DNA from: a virus
IMG/VR virus record: IMGVR_UViG_3300035181_001203
Location: 48,654 to 112,653 of that record
Length of the DNA stretch: 64,000 bases
Reading direction: 5' to 3' (one strand)
Part shown: piece by piece, positions 58,715 through 64,000 of the stretch
How the letters are laid out: the number at the start of each line of letters is the position of its first letter
How positions within the stretch are numbered: position 1 is the first letter of the stretch
Program-made: the position numbers and the translations under genes
Notes under the pieces: model-generated
Database searches by the model: none
What the model was told of the DNA's origin: nothing
What the model saw: only the letters and a program-made list of their open reading frames with translations

Positions 58715-59200
58715 ATGTCGTCGCGTTTATCATCTTTAAAAGATAATTTAAATATAAATGGTGGAAAAATTACTGCCAAAGAAAAAGATCAATTATTAAA
58801 ATTTGCTTCAGATAAATTTGTGAATGAAGAAGTTCCAGAAATTCTTTCAGAAGAAATGGTATGCTTTACTTTTGAAGCCGTAATCAGACCAATGGATAAA
58901 GCTTTAGTTATACATTTGAAACATCTTCCTCCTGCACTTCGTAATCCAAAGTTCTTTGATTTTGCTACAGAATTTATTAGAGATAGAATTGGAAAATTTG
59001 AATCTTTAAACGCAAGTTTTATTGGTGAATTAGATTCTGTAAATAAATTAAATAGTCTAGACCTAATGTTCACAAAATATTTTCCAGCATTAATGGGTGA
59101 TATAGAATTTATTAAATCCCATTCTTTTAAAATTGGGAAACAATTAGATGAATTACTTGTACAAGAATTAGGACAATATGCGAATAAATCTAGAAATTAG
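58715..59200 (+). CDS. Hypothetical protein
   Basis: AGGAGG RBS; LLKFAS motif. Confidence 0.55.
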   Translation: MSSRLSSLKDNLNINGGKITAKEKDQLLKFASDKFVNEEVPEILSEEMVCFTFEAVIRPMDKALVIHLKHLPPALRNPKFFDFATEFIRDRIGKFESLNASFIGELDSVNKLNSLDLMFTKYFPALMGDIEFIKSHSFKIGKQLDELLVQELGQYANKSRN

Positions 59201-60002
59201 AAATGTAGATTATAATAAAACTATTCTAGCTTGGACGGTTGAATTAGATTTTAAAGAAAATCTATATAATTTTTTATATTTAGTTGAAATATCTGAATCA
59301 GAAAATGGTCCATGGATTCCTCTATTTCTAGATCCTATTTATGCCTTTGGCTTTGTAGATACTATGACTCAAAGAGGAATGATAGATCAAAGATTATATT
59401 ATCGTGTAAAAGCTATAGATTCTCAAGGTAATGAATTCTTTTCAGATAATAAATCTATTATAGAAGAAGATGATAATTATATTGCTAATTATGTAGCGAG
59501 ACAACAACAACTTCTTTTAGAAAGATATAATGGTCAAGAATTTTTGCATTATGCAAGAAAAAAATTTGGTCCACGATGTAGTAATTGTTATTTAGAAACT
59601 GAAAGAAAAACTTTTATGTCTAAATGTCCAGTATGCTTTGGGACTACATATGAAGGTGGATATTTTGCTCCAGTAAAAATATCTTTAAATAAAGACCCTC
59701 AATTAAAAGGAATAGACAAAGATGCTCATGGAGTCAATGAAGCTAAAAATGCTGTATTCTTAACATCAAATGAAGTTATTATTGAAGCAGATGACCTATT
59801 AGTTGCATTGAAAAAAACTGACCAAAGATATTTTGTAACACAAATAGTTCCAGTTAGCTTACATGATAGAACTACTAGTCAAAGAGTAATCACAGAACAA
59901 GTGAAATCTGATAACCCCGCACAATTAGTCCCTGTTGATCTAAATGCATACACTTTAGAAGAATTTAATGTCTTTCGTCGTGACTGGAAGATAATCAGAT
60001 GA
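59178..60002 (+). CDS. Putative neck/head-closure protein
   Basis: FN3-like N-terminus (YYRVKAID), RCSNC...CPVCFGTTYEGGYF; context. Confidence 0.55.
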   Translation: MRINLEIRNVDYNKTILAWTVELDFKENLYNFLYLVEISESENGPWIPLFLDPIYAFGFVDTMTQRGMIDQRLYYRVKAIDSQGNEFFSDNKSIIEEDDNYIANYVARQQQLLLERYNGQEFLHYARKKFGPRCSNCYLETERKTFMSKCPVCFGTTYEGGYFAPVKISLNKDPQLKGIDKDAHGVNEAKNAVFLTSNEVIIEADDLLVALKKTDQRYFVTQIVPVSLHDRTTSQRVITEQVKSDNPAQLVPVDLNAYTLEEFNVFRRDWKIIR

Positions 60003-60634
60003 ATCAAAAAGATTTTACATTAAGTAGAAATTTTAATACTGGACTTTATGGAGTTAGAGCAGTTGTGCTTTTCTTAAGGGAAATGTTCACAGCAAATCCA
60101 GATTTAGGTTTTAATATTTATACTGATGATCTAGCAAAAGCAGATGCATTTTTAAGTTTACATATCACCACTAAACATGACTGGGAAACTAAATACAGAG
60201 GGAAGCGTCCTATTATCTTTGTTTCCAGGGGCAATTTAATAACGGGAGTAAATAATACTCAGGGTATTGGAAGAGTTCTTTCTATAACAAATAATGGACA
60301 AGTTACCTCATATTCTGATTTGATTTCGTTCCCAATTGTGGTAGAATGTTTATCAGAGAGCGATATTGAATCGGAAACGTTATCATCCATAGTCCTAACA
60401 TTATTGACTGGTGATACAAGAGCATTAAGAAGTTTAGGATTACAGATACAAGGAAATCCTATACAAACGCCTACACAGTTATTCGAGAAAGTAAATAATT
60501 CTTTTATTTCTTCAGTAATTATTCAAGTTCAAGTCCAAAGACAAATGAGAGCAATAAGAACACCAAAAAATTTATTAGAAAGTATAGAATTTAAAATTAA
60601 TGATGGTTTAGAAGTTAACATAAAAGAGGATTAA
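59999..60634 (+). CDS. Putative tail completion/terminator protein
   Basis: KRPIIFVSRG, ECLSESDIESE; immediately before sheath. Confidence 0.5.
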   Translation: MNQKDFTLSRNFNTGLYGVRAVVLFLREMFTANPDLGFNIYTDDLAKADAFLSLHITTKHDWETKYRGKRPIIFVSRGNLITGVNNTQGIGRVLSITNNGQVTSYSDLISFPIVVECLSESDIESETLSSIVLTLLTGDTRALRSLGLQIQGNPIQTPTQLFEKVNNSFISSVIIQVQVQRQMRAIRTPKNLLESIEFKINDGLEVNIKED

Positions 60635-60636
60635 TT

Positions 60637-61602
60637 ATGTCATATTTACCGCCTCATGTTTCAGTAACTCAGATTCTTACTAGAGCTAGTCAGAATCTTG
60701 TTAATAGTGAACTATTGCCTACTTATGTAGGATCTCTTAATCAAGTTGTAAATAATACTCCAATTTCTTTGATTTATCCTGTTACAAATACTACGATTAG
60801 CTATTTAGGACTAAAGGCTGGTGCAATAGTTAACCAGTCAAGTGTTCGTATTACAGTTAATAATGCAATAGTACAAGTATCAACAAATACAATATCAGCA
60901 GGAGTTTTTACCGCTGGATCCGCAATAGTTAATCAGACTGGAGCATTTGTAAATACTAAAGCTGGAGATTTATTAGTTCTACCTAATAATGGTGGAACCT
61001 ATACAGTTCAATCAGTAACTAGTAATGATAGCTTAGTGCTAACTACCCCAACTAGTTATGCTCCAACCACGGGAAGTTATACAATACAAAGATTAATTCC
61101 TTCAGTAAATGCTGATTTTGGAACTGCTGTTTATAATAGTGGATCATTTACAATTACACAATTACAATATTCTGGAATGGATATTCTTTCCGGCTCTGCG
61201 TCATTAAGTTATGTTGCTTTAAGAAAAGATTTAACTGGATTTTATTCAGTAACAAATTATGATCAACTCGTAGCTGATATGGACATTGAACCTGAAAGTG
61301 GTATTGGTTTTTATCTTGGTCAAATTGCACTAGCAGCTAATGGCGGAACTACAGTATTAGCTTATATAACCCCAGATAATACTCTTGCAAGCTTTAACAA
61401 AGCTTGGAGCGAATTAGCAGTTAGACCTGATGTTTATTTTGTGGTTCCAATTAGTACTGATCCTACGATTAATGCTGGGGCAGCTTCTCATGCAATAGCA
61501 ATGGCCGATCCTGATATTGCTTACTTTAGAATGGCAATTGTAAACGCACCAATTACTTTAAATAAAACTTTAGTATCTAATGATTCATTTACTAAAGCTT
61601 AA
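60637..61602 (+). CDS. Tail sheath protein, N-terminal part
   Basis: MSYLPPHVSVTQ (sheath-type N-terminus), DVYFVVPIS..AASHA..M..FRMAIV. Confidence 0.65.
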   Translation: MSYLPPHVSVTQILTRASQNLVNSELLPTYVGSLNQVVNNTPISLIYPVTNTTISYLGLKAGAIVNQSSVRITVNNAIVQVSTNTISAGVFTAGSAIVNQTGAFVNTKAGDLLVLPNNGGTYTVQSVTSNDSLVLTTPTSYAPTTGSYTIQRLIPSVNADFGTAVYNSGSFTITQLQYSGMDILSGSASLSYVALRKDLTGFYSVTNYDQLVADMDIEPESGIGFYLGQIALAANGGTTVLAYITPDNTLASFNKAWSELAVRPDVYFVVPISTDPTINAGAASHAIAMADPDIAYFRMAIVNAPITLNKTLVSNDSFTKA

Positions 61603-61613
61603 TCGGAGATAAA

Positions 61614-62585
61614 ATGAGTATTTTAATTACAGTACCCGGTGAAACCTTTTTAACAAAAGGTGTAAGAATTGGAGATACTGTTAAAATATTAACAGTAAAT
61701 GGCTCAGATGTAGATTCTACTCATTATCTTTTAAAGAGTGGATCTAACCAATTAGACTATGACGCTCTTTTAGTTTCTGAAGTTGTAAGTGAAACATCTT
61801 TCAATATGGAAGCTTATAAAAATGGCGTTACTTTAGACATTGATGCCACGATGTTGAATTTAGCATCGAAACAATCCTTTACTTTTGATATTATTCATAA
61901 TCTTTCAAAAGATGAACAAGTTGATCAAATTTGTGCAATAGCACAAGGATATGCAAATAAGCGTGTAGTATTAGTTTGGCCTCCAAAAGCAGATTATATT
62001 ATTAATAGTAAAAAAGTTACAGTAGATGGATCTGCTTTAGCTGCTGCTTTAGCTGCTGCTAAATCAATTTATCCTGCTCAACAGTCAATGACTAATATGC
62101 CTTTTGCTGGCCCTTATCAACTTTACTATTCAAATAATTATTTTACACCAACACAACTAAATAGATTGAGTGATGCTGGTGTATTAGTTTTAGTTCAAGA
62201 TGCTGTTGGTGCTGATATTTATGCCAGACACCAAAAAACTACAAGCAATGTATCAATTCAAGAACAAGAAATGAGTATTACAAATGCTATTGATAAAATA
62301 TCAATTGATATAGCAGCAATAGGAAAACCCTTCATAGGTAAATTTAATATTACTCAAGATTTACTTACGCAATTACAAGATGTATTTAATACTTATTTAT
62401 TTAATGCTCAAAGTCATAAATCTCCATATTGTGGAAGTTTAATTTTAAGTTATACTGCTCCTGTACTTAGAGCAAATTTAGATGGTCAAAATACAGATTT
62501 ACCCCCTGGAAGACTTCAAGTATCCTTAACAGTTGAAATTGGTTATCCAGCTAATTATATTGATATTCTTGTTTACATTCAATAA
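61614..62585 (+). CDS. Tail sheath protein, C-terminal part
   Basis: RVVLVWP, QLNRLSDAGV, RHQKTT, EMSIT, FIGKFNIT, YPANYIDI. Confidence 0.75.
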   Translation: MSILITVPGETFLTKGVRIGDTVKILTVNGSDVDSTHYLLKSGSNQLDYDALLVSEVVSETSFNMEAYKNGVTLDIDATMLNLASKQSFTFDIIHNLSKDEQVDQICAIAQGYANKRVVLVWPPKADYIINSKKVTVDGSALAAALAAAKSIYPAQQSMTNMPFAGPYQLYYSNNYFTPTQLNRLSDAGVLVLVQDAVGADIYARHQKTTSNVSIQEQEMSITNAIDKISIDIAAIGKPFIGKFNITQDLLTQLQDVFNTYLFNAQSHKSPYCGSLILSYTAPVLRANLDGQNTDLPPGRLQVSLTVEIGYPANYIDILVYIQ

Positions 62586-62598
62586 AAGGTGATTAATT

Positions 62599-63327
62599 AT
62601 GGCAAATCAACTTTCAATTAAAGATTTACTTGGCGCAAATGGTGATGGCGCAAGTAGCTGGAATTGGAGAGAGTCATTCGTTCAATTAGACGAAAATATG
62701 GCTACTCCAGGCTTATTCATTGCTTCTGAATCTACACTAATTGCTTTTGGTCCTGCTTCAGCAACCGCAGCATTTGATGTAGTGAAAGTTGGTTTGACTC
62801 CTAATATTTCTATTAGTCAGCAAATTCCACAGCAAAGATTACCTGAAATTGGATCAGTTAGAGTTCATATCTTGAATGGTGTACCTATTGGTGGTGGCAC
62901 AATATCACGCTTAGTTTATAATGGTCCATCACTTATGAGATATGCTTATGGTAATCTTTATGATGATCAAGGTAATCCAACAGCATTAGCTTTACAAGGT
63001 ATGGCAACTGGCGCCGGACCCGCACAAGACTTTACCACAAATCTCTTTAAGAGAATTATGTTAAAGCCTGATAAAATTATGCAGGGTAATAAAGATACGC
63101 AACTTTGGTTATCAGCTTGGGATACAAGATTACGAACGCCTTTCGGCATTTGTATGTATTTCCAAGATATTGCTGGTAATGCCGTTGGTGGTGTTTATGC
63201 CGAAGGTGCTAAAATTAACTCTCATAATATGTCTCAATCTGCTGGACAGTTAATCATGGTTGAAGGCATCACTTTCGCTTTTGATCGTTTAGTTCCTGTC
63301 CGTGGTATTGGTAATTCACAATTATAG
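62599..63327 (+). CDS. Tail tube protein
   Basis: Follows sheath; QRLPEIGS, ISRL..NGPSL, EGITFAFDR. Confidence 0.65.
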   Translation: MANQLSIKDLLGANGDGASSWNWRESFVQLDENMATPGLFIASESTLIAFGPASATAAFDVVKVGLTPNISISQQIPQQRLPEIGSVRVHILNGVPIGGGTISRLVYNGPSLMRYAYGNLYDDQGNPTALALQGMATGAGPAQDFTTNLFKRIMLKPDKIMQGNKDTQLWLSAWDTRLRTPFGICMYFQDIAGNAVGGVYAEGAKINSHNMSQSAGQLIMVEGITFAFDRLVPVRGIGNSQL

Positions 63328-63337
63328 AGGTGAGCAG

Positions 63338-63622
63338 ATGAGTTTAATTAAAATTGCTGCAAGAGGCGATGTTTTATTTAGAAATGGAATTTTAGCTGCA
63401 ACAAAAGAAGCTGGAACCCCAGGGGTTAATGCAGCTTCTAGAATACTTAGATATTTACCAAAGTTCAAAGATTCAAATAATTTAAAAGTAATTAAAGACG
63501 TTGACAATATTGGCAATGCTGTTGATAAGTATGTAAAAAATGCAAAAATATCTAACACATCATCAATGAGTAATTTTAGAAAAGCTGTAGCAAAAAATCC
63601 GAAACTTGGTAAATTACTTTAG
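63338..63622 (+). CDS. MSLIKIA-tagged small basic protein (start re-called)
   Basis: GAGGTG RBS before ATG 63338; MSLIKIAARG. Confidence 0.7.
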   Translation: MSLIKIAARGDVLFRNGILAATKEAGTPGVNAASRILRYLPKFKDSNNLKVIKDVDNIGNAVDKYVKNAKISNTSSMSNFRKAVAKNPKLGKLL

Positions 63623-63647
63623 ATTAAGATTTAATTCATTAAATGAT

Positions 63648-63670
63648 AAGGCCCTTTCGGGGCCTTTTTT
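63648..63670. terminator. Terminator between convergent genes
   Basis: AAGGCCC-TTTC-GGGGCCTTTTT. Confidence 0.75.
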
Positions 63671-63672
63671 AT

Positions 63673-64000
63673 TTATAGATTTAGAGTATATTTAGCATGA
63701 CCGCAATCCCAAATTCTTATATATCCATTCAATAACATATTTGTTACTTCTGTTTTATTTGGATCAAATCTATCTCCTAATAGTTTTGGAAGATTCTGTT
63801 TCATTGCATTTCTGCGAGGAATTAAAATATCATTTTTACACCACCAATAATTTGGGTCTGTTATTTTTTCTAGTTGAAATCCATTTTTAGAATAAATATT
63901 ATTTTCTATATCAGACCAACATAAATCAGCATAAGATATAATCTGTTTTAAATATGGATGATATTTTTTTACATGATTTAATATTTTTTGCATAGATCCA
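63673..64000 (-). CDS. C-terminal part of a homing-endonuclease-associated phage protein (truncated by window end)
   Basis: IISYADLCWS..Y..NGF...PNYWW...TE..NM..NGYIRIWDCG. Confidence 0.55.
   Translation of the reverse strand, partial: GSMQKILNHVKKYHPYLKQIISYADLCWSDIENNIYSKNGFQLEKITDPNYWWCKNDILIPRRNAMKQNLPKLLGDRFDPNKTEVTNMLLNGYIRIWDCGHAKYTLNL

Overview
AT-rich (roughly 28-30% GC by eye), gene-dense segment of a large contractile-tailed dsDNA bacteriophage; the ORFs read well in the standard code and the host cannot be determined. Layout: 1-6752 (-) large virion/baseplate-type genes; 6900-7400 a poly(A)/AT-rich tract beside a GC-rich, highly structured non-coding element at the strand switch (candidate origin or ncRNA); 7461-25378 (+) many small early/middle genes (AbrB-like, CYTH, dUTPase, DUF2829/Tad2-like, M15 peptidase, dCMP deaminase, dNMP kinase); 25569-31565 (-) membrane/lysis-type genes followed by a cluster of small basic proteins sharing an N-terminal MSLIKLA tag; 31600-45012 (+) promoter-driven mini-cassettes, RHH, SSB, DHH phosphoesterase, Csx20-like protein and DnaE; a deleted TnpB remnant; 45597-63622 (+) morphogenesis genes (tagged SNF2 helicase, baseplate/fibre proteins incl. 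a Hint-domain fibre, portal, neck, split sheath, tube). Main candidate novelties: (1) an M-S-L-I-K-L-A tag on at least 12 otherwise unrelated proteins, best explained as a capsid-targeting/protease-cleavage signal defining an injected cargo set; (2) 28 exact copies of CCAGGGG spread over the window on both strands and in all frames; (3) a family of GCAA-N18-TATAAT promoter cassettes driving structured RNAs, micro-ORFs and a Csx20-like putative ring nuclease. All family calls come from motifs recognised by eye, with no database search. No tRNA, rRNA or CRISPR array was seen.
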